Shown: piece by piece, positions 24,977 through 38,332 of the stretch
Layout: every line of letters begins with the position of its first letter
How positions within the stretch are numbered: the stretch's first letter is position 1
Source: Paraphysomonas bandaiensis
Taxonomy: Eukaryota; Protista; Chrysophyceae
Length of the DNA stretch: 64,000 nucleotides
Direction: 5' to 3'
NCBI GenBank assembly: GCA_965644295.1
Contig: CBFFRP010000427.1
Span: forward strand, 62,001 to 126,000
Translations under genes and position numbers: made by a program
The notes under the pieces: model-generated
The model's database searches: none
Told to the model about the DNA's origin: nothing
Seen by the model: only the letters and a program-made list of their open reading frames with translations

Positions 24977-25498
24977 AGTGAATGTATGAGTATTAACAAT
25001 AGGTATGTAAGAGTGCTTAACTCTGATATACTACTATTTGGCGCGACGAAAGCTGCTTGTGCGTCACCGCAAGCACCAAGGTGCAACCACTTTTCTCTAT
25101 CACTCAAAACAAACGCAGTAGCAAGCAGAATGTTTATATATCTGACATCTGTTAACTTCAGGATTTTAGAGTCCTTAACATAAACAACCCAGAGGCTTGA
25201 TTTCAGCAGGCAGGGCAACCCCCGGATTCCCTTGAGGTAGACCCATTCCTGGATGCGTGACTTCAGCAGGCATCCCAATACCTTGGATTTCTGTTTATTC
25301 GTCAGGACCCAACAACGTCTACACAAGTGACACTAATTAGTGTCCCTTGTGCCACACAAGCATTCGGCTATGTGGGCAGTACTTCATCTGTTGACTGTAT
25401 ATGCGGCTCACGTTAGTTTCCCGCAGAAATCTCTCCGTTACTACTTATCCCTCAGAACACCACGACAAGGTGCGAGTCCGACTTTGTTGAGGGTATTG
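24977..25498 (-). mobile_element. SINE-like retroposon (family 2), near full length
   Basis: Complete head, body with a short internal duplication, tail ending cattcacta on the minus strand. Confidence 0.8.
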
Positions 25499-25879
25499 AC
25501 TTCTCAAAGCCTATTGAAAATTATAACACATTCACCACTAGCAGCTTTTCGTAGCGTTAAATAGTAGGATACTATCAGAGTTAAGCACTGACTCTTAAAC
25601 GCCTATTGCTACAGTAATTATAAGACGTTTACTACTAGTGAGATGATATGCACATTAAGACGCTAGATATGGGGCAGGAATGTTCTGTGACAATCGGTAC
25701 TTACAAAAAGGCTGCTTACTGATTATGCATAAAAACATATTCTCAGGAGCTGCAAATGATCAGGAGCCATATACTCTATACTCTTGTGCTAATCAGTTCT
25801 AACAATTTGAGCTCTACTGAATAATCTTTTAATATATTTGTTGTGATATGCAAGTACTGCAGACTGTGGCATCGAGTCT

Positions 25880-26170
25880 TCATGTTAAGGCGTGTTTGCT
25901 TCCGTTGCCTGTTATCACCATTTAAACACGGCACTGTGTAGAGATCTTGAACTAGATCCTCTCACTGTCATCATCGCTTTCTTTATATAGGTCTTTTCTA
26001 TCGGGGATAGTTTTGTTGCCATCTTTTATCTTCACAGCAATCTTTTCGAAAGGGGTGCTATGAATAGTAGCAACAATGTCACCCACATAACGCCCGCCAA
26101 TAGGGTGCTTTGTGATGCGTTTGCCATTCATCGTACGAACGTTGAAGAAATCTGGCACTAATTTTCACAT
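25880..26170 (-). mobile_element. hAT transposase remnant
   Basis: FEKIAVKI resembles FERAVVKI of the 49273 ORF; DNA similarity to 28940-29025. Confidence 0.5.
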
Positions 26171-26852
26171 TTCTTCTGTAATTCCATTGACATAAGTACA
26201 TTAATCGTCCCATAATATTGAACTAGCTGTTTTCATATGGAATTAGATTTAACATGTCAGAGTCCACATGATTGTAATGGTCAGAGAGAAACCAACAGCG
26301 GTCGATCATTACAGATGGGGAGCCCCATCTGGTATCTTGTTTAATTACTGCGCATAAAAGGTCTTTTTCTTACTGATCTTACTATCATACTCTTTAGATT
26401 TCATAACTTAGTCAGTCAACATATTTACCAAGCTTGCTGAATACCTATATTTGAAATAAACAGGATAATAGCCAGATTTAATATGTGACTTACATAGCCA
26501 ATGAGCAATATAGACTTGCCAATCAAAATTCCAATTAAGTGTGCCTATTTGTGAATGCTATAATTTTTATTGTCTCCCGAAATAAATTCAGTAGCGTTGA
26601 GTAAATGATGATTCATTATTCACCATCATATCATCATGAAAGATTCAGAACTGCTGCATATGTCTGAATTACTGGTTAATGTCATCAATAAGACTTTTCC
26701 TATCGATAATATACGTGCGCTAGTAGTACATATTCTTAATGGAACGGCAGCAACGAACCTAGAAACGTGAATCATACAATCCGCAATTCATCAAAGGTCT
26801 CATCATAAAACAACACACATATTCTACCCACTATTGAGATACTAATTATACT

Positions 26853-28104
26853 TTATTCAGCAGCAAACACAGAAGGCTTTTGTAACATGAAATCATTTAT
26901 CCAAGGTGAACATCTGTCAAATTGATGAACTACAGGTGCAACACTATTCGTAAACCTATTCAGTAGAAACCCTTCTTCATTTCGGGGAATTAAATCAGTC
27001 GCACCAGATTTTTTCGCTTTCGTTTTACATGCTTTTCCCACTGTTAACACTGGTCCCATTCCCCAAGGAATAGTCACTGTTCTGTTTAACTCCCCAAATT
27101 TCCCGTGGTAATATAACCAATTCATAGTCCATTGATCCGTGGTTGACGGTGAGCGACACTTATGGTTGCTTTTACGGTTGTTGGCATAGAATTCCGCCAC
27201 TAAAACCGAGAGAAAATGTAGCATACCCCTTCGGGTCCCCAAAACTGTGCCTGAGCACAGTACAGGTCGAGCTTCATATATGTCAAAGGATTCGCGACCG
27301 TAGCAAGGCACAGTATGAACCGAGTTGATAGGATTGCCTGCAACAAAAGAACGACTAGGGTCATCTGAAGGGGAAGTGTACGGGGATATCTCCTCTATAA
27401 ATATTGTATCGATACTCGATGTGTGAGCACTTCCTAAATCACGAAACTAACGTCCGTAGTGATTAACTAGTGTATAGATAAACATATGTCTACCCACTCA
27501 CCGGATGATCCTGAAAGAAAGCATCCCGTACATCCATTACCATTGCCCACCCCGTGCAGGTATCGCATTGCTCCATCCATCGGCGTGCCATCTCGAACCT
27601 CCCCCATTCCAGTTTCAAATCAGGTATATCCGCAGAGCACTTTCCTCGCACGCCGACAATCACTTCCTTACTATCGGGGTTGATGAGCGCTGACTCATGA
27701 CACTCTACAGCCTGTACTGCATAGAAAGTGACATTCTGTCGTTTCAAATACTCAACTTCACTGAGAGATATCTGAGGGTGGACCCCTAGTATGATATGCC
27801 CATCATAACCATAGTATCGTAGTGACCCCACAAAGCGTCGAAATCCCTTTATAAACCCTCTATAGGACGCCAGACCCATCACCACATCCCTCCCCACCAC
27901 CTCTGCTCGGTGAATCAAGTTATTGGGTGGTGAATATGGAGGTATAGATATGTTTATCATGGGAGAGTAGAGGACAGGGTCGTTTATATACGACATGAAC
28001 TCATCTGTCTTTAGAACACTAGGATTAAACATAGACTGATAGGTGGATGGAGATGATAAGGCAGGTGATAACCATGCCAGTAGAGGAGTGAAAAAGAGAA
28101 TCAT
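26853..28104 (-). CDS. Secreted putative glycosyltransferase (GT-A-like), multi-exon
   Basis: Signal-peptide-like N-terminus, RRFVGSLR..GYDG, VMDVRDAFFQ, LCSGTVLG, DQW and VVHQFDR motifs; introns between 27311 and 27500. Confidence 0.7.
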
Positions 28105-28899
28105 AGCTTGGAATGGACCTAATGGATCTGTGGGCCTGTCTCCCTATATGTATATATAGCTATGGTGAAGATAGCGGAGTGCAGTGTACAGTATATACTG
28201 GCTGTATATAGCAGTCACTGGACATATGCAGCATGTACGTGTATGATGTATATGTATCTATAAACTACACACTCCCCCTACCGTAATACACAAAGGTGTA
28301 CCTGCATCCTGCACACAGTTGTCTCGAGTATACCGCACACAAGAAAGATCGTGCTGGTCTCATGGATTGCAGAAAAGTAGCAGCCAAGTATAGCCTTTTA
28401 ACTGGTAGTCCGCTCTAGACTGTACATCGAAGCCAATTTCTATTCATAGTATCCTCCTGAGTGATATGAGTTGTTGCAACTGCTCAATGGATAAACTTCA
28501 GTGTATCATACTGCAATGATGGTCCATTCATATGCACCTTAAGCGCCGCCTAAAATGTCGCCTTTCTCTATATGCTACGAAGAGTGCACTTTGAAGGTGC
28601 CTCCAAAGCCTTGAGATTAGAGAATGAACTCCAATCACTCCTATCTTATATTGATCGTAATATTATTGCGAGGGTCAGCATTAACGATTCCGCAACGCGT
28701 TTAGAGTATGTGTGTACTGTGCTGAAATATATTGGAACATTTAAAATGTTAGTATGTTGGAGCCAGTAAGGGTGACTTAGGTCAAGGTGTAGTGGACTTT
28801 GATAGAGTATATGATTTATATTGGGATGTGAAAGAAGTAGTGTGGGATTTAGAGACTGAATGATACAAAACTTGTATAACTAGGAGCCATTATACAAAA

Positions 28900-30477
28900 T
28901 GCTGTGCTTCATGCTGTTGCAACGAGTTTGCTGGTGAAGACGTGCTCGCTTCCGCTGCCTGCTATCATCAATCTAACGTTGAGCTGAGTCGTCATTCTGA
29001 ACTAGACTCTCACTGCAATCATCCATCAACGCTTCTTGCTGCATGTCCATCCATCAGCAATCAAACACAAATGCATTGGAAGCATTATTGCTTTGATCTT
29101 GTATTCGACCTCTAAGTCCAAGACTTCCATATACCATATATACCTCATCAATGTTGGTTGATCTCGTTTATTACTTCTGGTGTTCTGTCGAGTGAATGTT
29201 TTCTCCACGAAAGAAAGAGGAAGATAATCTATTATCACTCATTCCAACCAGTGATACTAATTTCACGCTTGAGGTGATACTTTGCACTCAGCATATTTAT
29301 CCATCGCACCACCACCTCGCTGGGCAGCTAACACTTTATCTTTCCATCCCTCGTGCTTGATAGCATGCTGCGACATGTTGCTCCACCCATTACCTTTCTT
29401 TTGCTTCAGAACACCTTTTCCTACAAGATACTCCCGGAATTGTCTATTGCAACCACTTATTTCTCAAAGAACACTCGTGCAATGAGTTCTGGTGCCAGTT
29501 TATTGCTCATATTGTTGGAATACGTATGGTTCTCTAAGATAGTACTGTAGAATACGTTAAATACAATGTGAAGAACAGTAATACGTAGTCAAAGGTACTA
29601 GACAGCCATAACTGTGAAACTGAAGTATTGTATCATGACGATTCAAGATACGGAAGTTGAGCTGTGGTTGATATATGAACAAAATAAATTATCATGTTGT
29701 TGACATGTCTTACATGACAACACACGCAATTGTGTATTCAATTATAATAAAGAGTCTATCCAGTTTAATTACTATAAACTTTTCTTAACGATTATAACTG
29801 TTAATATGACCAATAGTCAATACATATTGCACGGCGACGACGTCTCCGGCAACTCCTCCTATGCCCAACGCCCAGACGGTGCATGGTGACACCGCCACAC
29901 TCCACCACACCATCAACCTTTCAATCCACACATCTAGTGCTCGGTACACTCAGGACCTTAATACAGAACCCGGTACCTCAGAGCCAGGCGGAACCTTATC
30001 CCAAGGGGAGACCCCCGGACAACACGCACCAGTGAGTCCTCAGACACACGAGCAGGGCGAACTCACACACAACATCAAGAACGGAAGTGGTTGCACCTTG
30101 GTGCTTGCGGCGACGCACAAGCAGCTTCTGTAGCGTTAAATAGTAGGATAATAGAATTTGTGCTGATTAGTTATGGGTAGAGGTCTAACTAGTAGATCTA
30201 GCATTCAACTAGCCACTATATCGGAACGAGTTTTTAACGCCTATTGCTAAATAAAAAGACATTCAATAATAATACATATTGCCAATTAATTAAGTGAATT
30301 ATTATGTATGATGATCCTATGGATATAAAATCTTTCATCAATTGGTTTTTGCAACTTTCAGTGTGAAAATATGGCATTTTGATCAATTAATTGAAGCTAG
30401 CTGGAGTCAATTATAATTGCAATTATGCGTTGGTGTCCCAATTTCAATAATTGACAATTAATTGATACGCACCCCAG
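28900..30477 (-). mobile_element. Degenerate hAT element of the 5557 family
   Basis: LPLSFVE..LIADGWT remnant (29026-29238) and terminus caattaattgatacgcacccca at 30455-30477. Confidence 0.7.
29831..30270 (+). mobile_element. 5'-truncated LINE 3' end
   Basis: 12-bp TSD aatacatattgc (29819-29830, 30271-30282). 5' part matches 46287-46430. Encodes PKGRPPD and ends gacattcaataat. Confidence 0.9.
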
Positions 30478-30800
30478 ATAGACAGACGCACTGTTTGGCT
30501 ACCTTCACTACAACTTACGTGTACTGAAAACTAATTCTATCTACATTTATTTTATTTCTCACTATCGCAGTAAGGTATTCCAGTTTCCACTACTTCTTGC
30601 AGCTTTAATATAAGTGACTCAACGTGTCGTTTCCACCTAGCCTTAATGCTAGAGGTAGGAGAAAAGAAGAGTAATATCTCGCTTTGACAAAGAAGTATAT
30701 TAATTATGCCTTCACCAGTTCATAGTGGGAACAAGACAGTCAAGTCAGTTCTAGGAAGCAAGGCCTAAACATATTCTAGGTAAACTAGTAGACGGCTAAT

Positions 30801-33651
30801 CTAATCAACCAACTCTGCCTCCTGAACTCCTTTATAAACTGGAGATCCGCCTGCGTTGAACTGATTCGCCAATGGGAAATGAGATTGGAATGCCTCGAGA
30901 AATGAAGGGGCGGCAGTTTTAATAGAATTGAGGTCAGTGCTCAAAAGCTACAGCCACAAAACAGTTTACACAACAATAAATAGACTGAATAACATACCTC
31001 AAGCGCAGCTGTAGCATTGCTAACAGTTACTCCTCGCTGGCTCCACAAATTCCCGTCTAACATCAAGGCTGCTGCTCGCTGCTTGTCTCCTGAAAACATC
31101 ATGACACATCTAGCTGCTGCCACTCGGTGAGGTAAAGTCAACGCGCCACTAGCAGCGAGAGATACGAAAGCATCACAGTACTGTAAGAGTGCAGTCTCTC
31201 CCTCTCCGCCCAGGAGAGCGCAGAGCTTCTCGTGTATTACCTCCTTAACTATATCTGGCATCGACAGTCCTTCCTCGTTACCAGCTCCGACCTTGAAATA
31301 CAGTCGCGAAAACTTCAGTAATTGCACAACCATTCCAGGATGATGTGGGTCCAGAGCCAGTCCCTGGCAAAGAGCTCTCACAGCAAGGGCATATTTGCCT
31401 CTCCTGGTCATTACTTCGCAAACCAACTCATAAGTCTTGGGGTCCTTGCACCGGTGTCTGGTCAAGTATTCAGACCATCGCCCAGCCTCTTCGAGTGGGT
31501 CTTTTTCTAGCAGCTTCGCGCCATTTGGATCGTCATCTTTAGAAACTGCTTTTTTGCTCCCTTTCTTATCCTCTCCACCACCATCAGCAGCAGATGCTTC
31601 TTTCTTCTTCAGCTTCTTTTGTTTAGCCTTCTCCTTTTTGCGTTCAGCAGCAGTCATGGTAGAGAGGTCATTGCTCTCAGTAACAGTCTCATTTTCTGAT
31701 GAATCTAATCGGCGCAACAACACACGCAATGCACCTTGACCAGCTCTCTGGAAAAACTTATGGGCTAGAATATTGTCGAGATTCGCCACAGAGTCTAGGT
31801 AAGCGCGAAGAGTTGACTACAAATTATAGTAGTCAGATTACATAAAATGAGAAGTGATATAACACACTACACAGCAAGACAAAGAAAAGTCATATTCAAG
31901 CATCTTCACATGCATACCTTTCGGATACAGAATCCGTGGAAGTCAAACTGATCCTCCATAAAGTCAGTGAAATGTTTTTCGACTGCGTAATACTTCTTTA
32001 GTGCCGGTCCCCACTTTTTCAAACGCTCATAGGCTTGGCCAACTTCGATCTCGTACCATATGCACTGAAGGTCATAAAGCATTTTCTCTGAGTCCCCATC
32101 GTGCTTTGTGAACATGGCTATTGTGTCCATGCCCTCCTGCACTCGATTCGCTCGCAGGAAATACTTCGTTGCCTTGTTGTTTACATATCTATCCTGTAGG
32201 TCAAGGGAACGATTGTAATCCATCGCTTCTGCAGCACCCATGTAATCACCAGCAAGTTTTAGAATGCGCGCACGTTTGTAGAGGCAGTCGAGACTTGTCG
32301 GTGTGTGATCAATGGCCCGCTCTATGTCCCTCAAAGCCTGTGGGAATCTACCACATGCCCCATGCATGTGACATCGTAAAAATAGTGCCCACATTAGAGT
32401 CGTTGGTACCTCTCTCTCCGATTCGGCACTCGGAGAAGGTTCAAACGTTCCGTTTGCTGATAGATTCGTAATGTATCCATCCAACAAATCCATCACTATA
32501 GCAGTGGTGGGGTGCGCTCTGTAGTCCACGGCATCTGTTGCATACACAGTACGGGAAGATTTGTGCAGAGGATCAGGCACACGGATGAGTGCACAAATAT
32601 CATTATACAGACTCGGTTTTCCTGCACGAATAGCAGCACGCATAAAATCGTCTAAGCTGCGACGAAAGCTTTCCCCAGTACACAAGTCGAGTTGGATTTT
32701 CGTTCTCGATGACGACGAGGGAATGGACTCCTCATACTCCCTACGCAACTTATCTCGCTGGCATTCCGAAAGTTGCAGGACAGTGGATGGAAGCTCTAGG
32801 CGCTTAAGTTGAAGCATATTTGTGCTGAGCGCTGAATCGAGTTCAAGAGCTGCAACTTGAAACCCGGAGTGGAAACGATAATTGTCAGGTTGCTCAGTCA
32901 GAAGGGATAGCCAACTATCCCGTGCTTCATCGTGCCTACCAAGCTTAGTCAAGAGCTCAGCTCTCTTCACCTTACATGAAAGAACATCTACAATTTGCTC
33001 GCGATTATCATCTAAGTGCTGCACAGCTTCTGTAAACATGCAGCGCTCCTCAAAACACTTGTTTTGGAAAAGCAAGAGCTCGCTGTGTTCATACGGAATT
33101 TTCTCTTCGTTAGATGATTCCAAGAACGACACAACGACATCATTTGCAGTGCTGTAATCACCATTGAAATAATTAGCAACAGCGTAAGACAACCACTGAA
33201 CCTTCACACTCGGTTTGAGAACGAGAAGTTTTCGTCTGGTCTCTGCGAATCCAGCCATATCACGCATTTGAACTTGCAAGTAGGATAAGTCACGAAGGAT
33301 ATTTTGGTTGTCCTTGTCAATTCTCAGCGCATTTAGATAGCACTTGATGGCTTCTTTATAGTTCCTATCTGATCTATACAACAAGCCAAACACATGCCAA
33401 CAGACATGACTCCGGACATCATTTTTTAATCCACATTTGACCAGTTCATAGGCCTCCTCCTTCTTCTCCATGCAGTTTAGGATCAAACCCTTCATCGCCT
33501 GTGTCTCTCCATGGTTGGGAAACTTCTTCAATATCCCATCCGCATTCTTGATTCCTTTTTTGTACTGCTTCTGTTCATAGCATTTAATTAACGATCGGAA
33601 CAAATCATTCTCTTTCTTGGGCAGTGAGCGGTCATTTGCACTACTGGACAT
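30801..33651 (-). CDS. NAA15: NatA auxiliary subunit (N-alpha-acetyltransferase 15)
   Basis: LPKKENDLFRSLIKCYEQKQYKKG, SHVCWHVFGL, LDLQDRYVNNK, DQFDFHGFCIRK / STLRAY, DDDPNG. Introns near 31819-31917 and about 30945-30997. Confidence 0.95.
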
Positions 33652-35814
33652 GATATCTCTGCAGGGGGTAGAAAACAACTGCCAGTATCACTGTATGCAA
33701 TATCAATGCCTATTGTGCCTCCTCAGAGTCACGGAATGGGATTACTATTTATATTAAATGCATGGTACAGCCAATGGTTGCATGCCCTGCATATGCGTAT
33801 ATATCGAGACATACATTGGCCTACAGCTGCAGTGCGAATACACTGTATATATATAGATATACCAAGTATGAAAAAAAGCTGAAATGAACGGCAAAGAAAC
33901 CACAGCTGTGGACGTACACACCGGAACGATTGATTTTACACAAGTACAAACTGCAGTACACTGCTTGGAAATACATAGATATCCATACATATTATAAAGC
34001 AAAAAGATATCTTCTGAGAACTTTCCTGCAGAATGTTACGCATACCACACCACTCAATAGCTATACTCACAGCTCACAGCCCTACCTTGAATTGCTGTTC
34101 CATTGCTAATTAAGATACTTCGATGCTGCCTCAGAGATTACGAAAGACAGAATATATATTTTAAGGATAGTAAGCGACTGCTTTACCTGCAACCGTTGCA
34201 CATGTACTTATAAAAGGTGATTACTTGTAGAGAATTAAATAGAGGGTACTCTTGTGTAGTTATATTCGTGAATAGTAATTTTTTCTACAAGTCGAGTAAA
34301 TATTGTTGTCTGATTTCGCATTCTGAAGTTTGGAGAGGGTTTGAATATTTATGGGATTCTACGTGCATGTAAGTTTTGTTTACATTCTCCTTAGTTTGAC
34401 GGAGTGCGGTATCATATGAGAAGATCTGTTTGTGTTACTCGTTGTAGGTTGGTTGATGTCTGTGTGCGGAAGATTTCAAGTACAGGACTGGGGAGGGTAA
34501 TGTGGAACAATCGAGAATAAGGTTTATTGTTTCGGCGTAGCGAAGACACCACATGACAAATATTTAGAGACCTGCGTGATGTAGCGGCTGTGGATTTGTA
34601 CCAACTGATTCTCCGTTTTTACGAACTTTTAATTTTTCATCGCATTGGTGACTGTAGGATATTTGTAACTGTATAATAATGATACGAATATTATCTTTCC
34701 AACTTGAGGTGTGTTCACGTTTCACGCTATCAAAAGTGTCCGAAGTGAAGGAGAAGAGGGTGGTGCGTGTGGGCAGAATAGTAAACAATATATATATTAA
34801 AAAAATATATTAATATTTTAAAAGACTATAAGCATGTGAATTGTGTCTTAGCTGAGTGTATAGTACCTGATTGTGAACGTAGTATGCTCGTGACGCCAAA
34901 TTTGATGATGTTACATTTAATAGTCGTTTTTCGGAATCGGCTATAGCCGTTCATATTTTATCATTTAATTCTGTCCACAATCAGGAAAATATACTGGAAA
35001 ACTCGTATAATAAAAGAAGTAAATAAAGAACATTTATCAAACTTGCTACAGTATGTCGCTGGATCTTATCATGATTACGTTATAGCCGCAGGATAAGAGT
35101 CGACTCAGGTTTGTTAAACATAGTATTACAACTAGCCTGGACCAGGTTATACTCCACAATACTGACATGATTTCTATCAGTTCTTAGTGTACCGTTGTCT
35201 GTTTATGACCACTATAATTGTTAACTTGCTTGACTGTGGCACAACACGTATATAAAATACGTACGATACACTAGATTAGCAGTAATATTTTCATCTAGCT
35301 GATAATGGTATACTAAGCGTTGCTTCTCCTGTATGTAAAAAGGTAGTGTATCTGCAACTCGAAACCATATGTCTTTATTTGCAAAAATTAGGAACATATT
35401 GTGATAACATTGTTCGCCTCAGAAAAAATAGAATAAATAAAACATATATCGTAGCGGCATCAATATAACATCTATGAGTAATATTTCGTCTACCTGGAAA
35501 CAGCTCGAATTTAGAAAAACACAACACACTTGAGTGAAGTTAGTATCACAACTATTAGTCACCCATTTACCGATCACTGTACCCCTCCTCTTTTTCTTTC
35601 AGCTCACCTTAGTTAGCACATATCAATCCCAAAGACGATACTACGGACTCCCCAGGGTATATATACGAACTGTAGAAACATCTATCCTCTGTGAACTCGA
35701 ACCTCACGATTGCTCTAACATGAGGAATATCCGCAGATAATAAAAGAGTTTGAAGGCATATCCCATATTGAGAGTGAAAGAGATTCAATAAGCAAAGATA
35801 TGACACAGCCAAAC

Positions 35815-36130
35815 GTAGGTAGGTAGGTAGGTAGGTAGGTATGTATGTATGTATGTATGTATGTATGTATGTATGTATGTATGTATGTATGTATGTATGT
35901 ATGTATGTATGTATGTATGTATGTATGTATGTATGTATGTATGTATGTATGTATGTATGTATGTATGTATGTATGTATGTATGTATGTATGTATGTATGT
36001 ATGTATGTATGTATGTATGTATGTATGTATGTATGTATGTATGTATGTATGTATGTATGTATGTATGTATGTATGTATGTATGTATGTACAGTAGGTATG
36101 TATGTAAGTATGTGTATGTAGGTATGTATG
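35815..36130. repeat. Compound (GTAG)n-(GTAT)n microsatellite
   Basis: About 6 GTAG units followed by about 62 perfect GTAT units, then a degenerating flank. Confidence 0.98.
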
Positions 36131-36593
36131 TAGATAGGTACTGTTGGAGTGTGTACGAGACGTCGGTACGACATAGGTACGTACTCATATGTACAGTCAC
36201 TTCGCGTTATGGTGGTGGATATGCTCGTTATAGTACGTACCTATTTCGTATGTAAATTGTACGTACGTATGTATATACGTAGATATATAAGTAATATACG
36301 TATAATACATGCGTATAACCTCCATATATGTTTCGTATTTTGTAGTTTACAGTATGTGTGATGCGTATGTATATATCTACAATTGCTTTTTGCCACGTCA
36401 TCCGATCGTCATTCAATAACGCACTACGATCTTGTGCTGAACTGCTTTTGATCATCTGCTCTCTGTGGCCGCATATCATACATCATCGACACAGTTCGAA
36501 GATTTGTGCTTTACTATAATATCTGGAAATAAGAAGATTTCCTTTCAGAGCCTTATGACTAACCGAGTCCTTTGACTCTTTGTCACTGTCGAC

Positions 36594-36986
36594 TTGATTT
36601 CAATTATACCCACTATGTTACGAAAACTTATGGAAAGTGATGAAGGTAGGGTTATTGGAGGAGGCGTGTCACCCAGAGCAATGGCCCTTCCGAGTACAGA
36701 TTCGATCATTAGTTTTAGATCCCGGAATGGCTCGGATTTAACTGATACATCTTATTTCAGTGATTTGGAGAGTGGATACACCACGCATGATGAATCTCCT
36801 ATGCGCATCAATTCGAAGTGCCTGAATTGTAATTGTGGAAACTATCCGACTCGTGCTTTTTTCAGTGATGCACTATTTTGTAGCGTCGATTGCGCAACGA
36901 GTTATTCTTTGTTCTATAAACTTCCTCAACCAGGCCCCCCAAAACACGAGTGTGATAACAAGCAGTCCAAATGCAGTGAAACCTGA
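36594..36986 (+). CDS. Hypothetical small protein with an FCS-type zinc-finger-like motif
   Basis: CLNCNC..(x)..FCSVDC and a Ser-rich N-terminal half; start probably ATG near 36614. Confidence 0.45.
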   Translation: MISIIPTMLRKLMESDEGRVIGGGVSPRAMALPSTDSIISFRSRNGSDLTDTSYFSDLESGYTTHDESPMRINSKCLNCNCGNYPTRAFFSDALFCSVDCATSYSLFYKLPQPGPPKHECDNKQSKCSET

Positions 36987-38332
36987 TTTGGAACGAGAAG
37001 ACAGTCTCACTTAATGCGGTAGTCTTACTAGTTACCGGAATGCATGATATTTAGAATTATTATTTTTGCTACATGCACCATACTCCGTTGTTATTGTATT
37101 CGCACAGAGGAGATGAGTGCCCAGTTTTTATATAGAATTCTGTTGAGGGCATATATATTCTTTTGTGTGATAGTCCAGTTTTTTGTTGAGAGGATGTTAT
37201 TACTCTGTTTATTAATGATTATATAATTTTGTGGAGTATGACACTTTTTAATTAACATGCTAGCAATATATTTATTCTAAAATTTCTGTATTCACAATGC
37301 CCTGGTCGTAGAAAGGTCAATACTTAGATTATATCAGAGTTTAGCAGTAGTTAGTTAATTTGTAATGTTACATTAGTACTGACTCTTACACGCCTATTGC
37401 TAACAATAAGACATTCACTACGACCATGCGCGACTCAGTATAGGCCTAGTGTAACATTGGAGTATTGTATAAAAATGAATTAATTTCCATGTGGTCGAAA
37501 GAGAAACTGTCGTTGATATTATTGACAGAGAGACTGATTATGCAGAGATGCCCTAAAAGAGATATATACTGAGGTGAGCAATGACTTTTTTCACCTTATA
37601 ATGTACGGTGTATAATGCTGAAAATGTATGCTCCCGTTGAATAGAACACACTCTCGTCGTTTGTATGTATGATATCTAGAGAGCAATTTATAATCACAAA
37701 AATTGAAGGGTGTATATCTTCATATATATCACACTTAGTGACTTTAAATATACTCGTGATATTTTTAATAAAGCAGCTACTACCATTACTAACTTGAGTT
37801 GGATGTACTGCGGATATCAAAAGTGGATACCTTTTGGCCCATGTCTCAAGAAATTGGCTTATATGTACAGTCTAAAGCGGACTATCAGTTTAAATGGCTA
37901 TATTGGCAACTTCTCAGCGATTACGGCTTACTCTCTGGTTACTGTTAAGAGGAACACGAACAGGAGTGACCACAGCGAATACTGGTATATCTTGTACTAT
38001 ACCTGTAGATCTTATGATACGCAAACCGCTTGATGATATGTAGCTACACACAGAGTGATGTCTAGATATTTTTTATGCAAGGGATGTATACACTGCTGTA
38101 TTCCATAGTATACCATGTATAGTACAGTAGGAAGAATGTTCTTCCACGCCCTCATCAGTACACTCCTGCTCACACATACAGACAGAGTAGTAGGATAGAA
38201 TATAAGACAGTGATTGCAATGTGTATGTACTGCTATAGCTATATATCACTATAAGTAGGATATATACATATATATATTCCTCTACAGAGGACTAAACACA
38301 TTAGTAACTCTACCCCTCACATAAGTGATATC

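Noticed and set aside
35715-36255. YIHT and MYVC repeat ORFs
   Set aside because: Translations of the (GTAT)n microsatellite.
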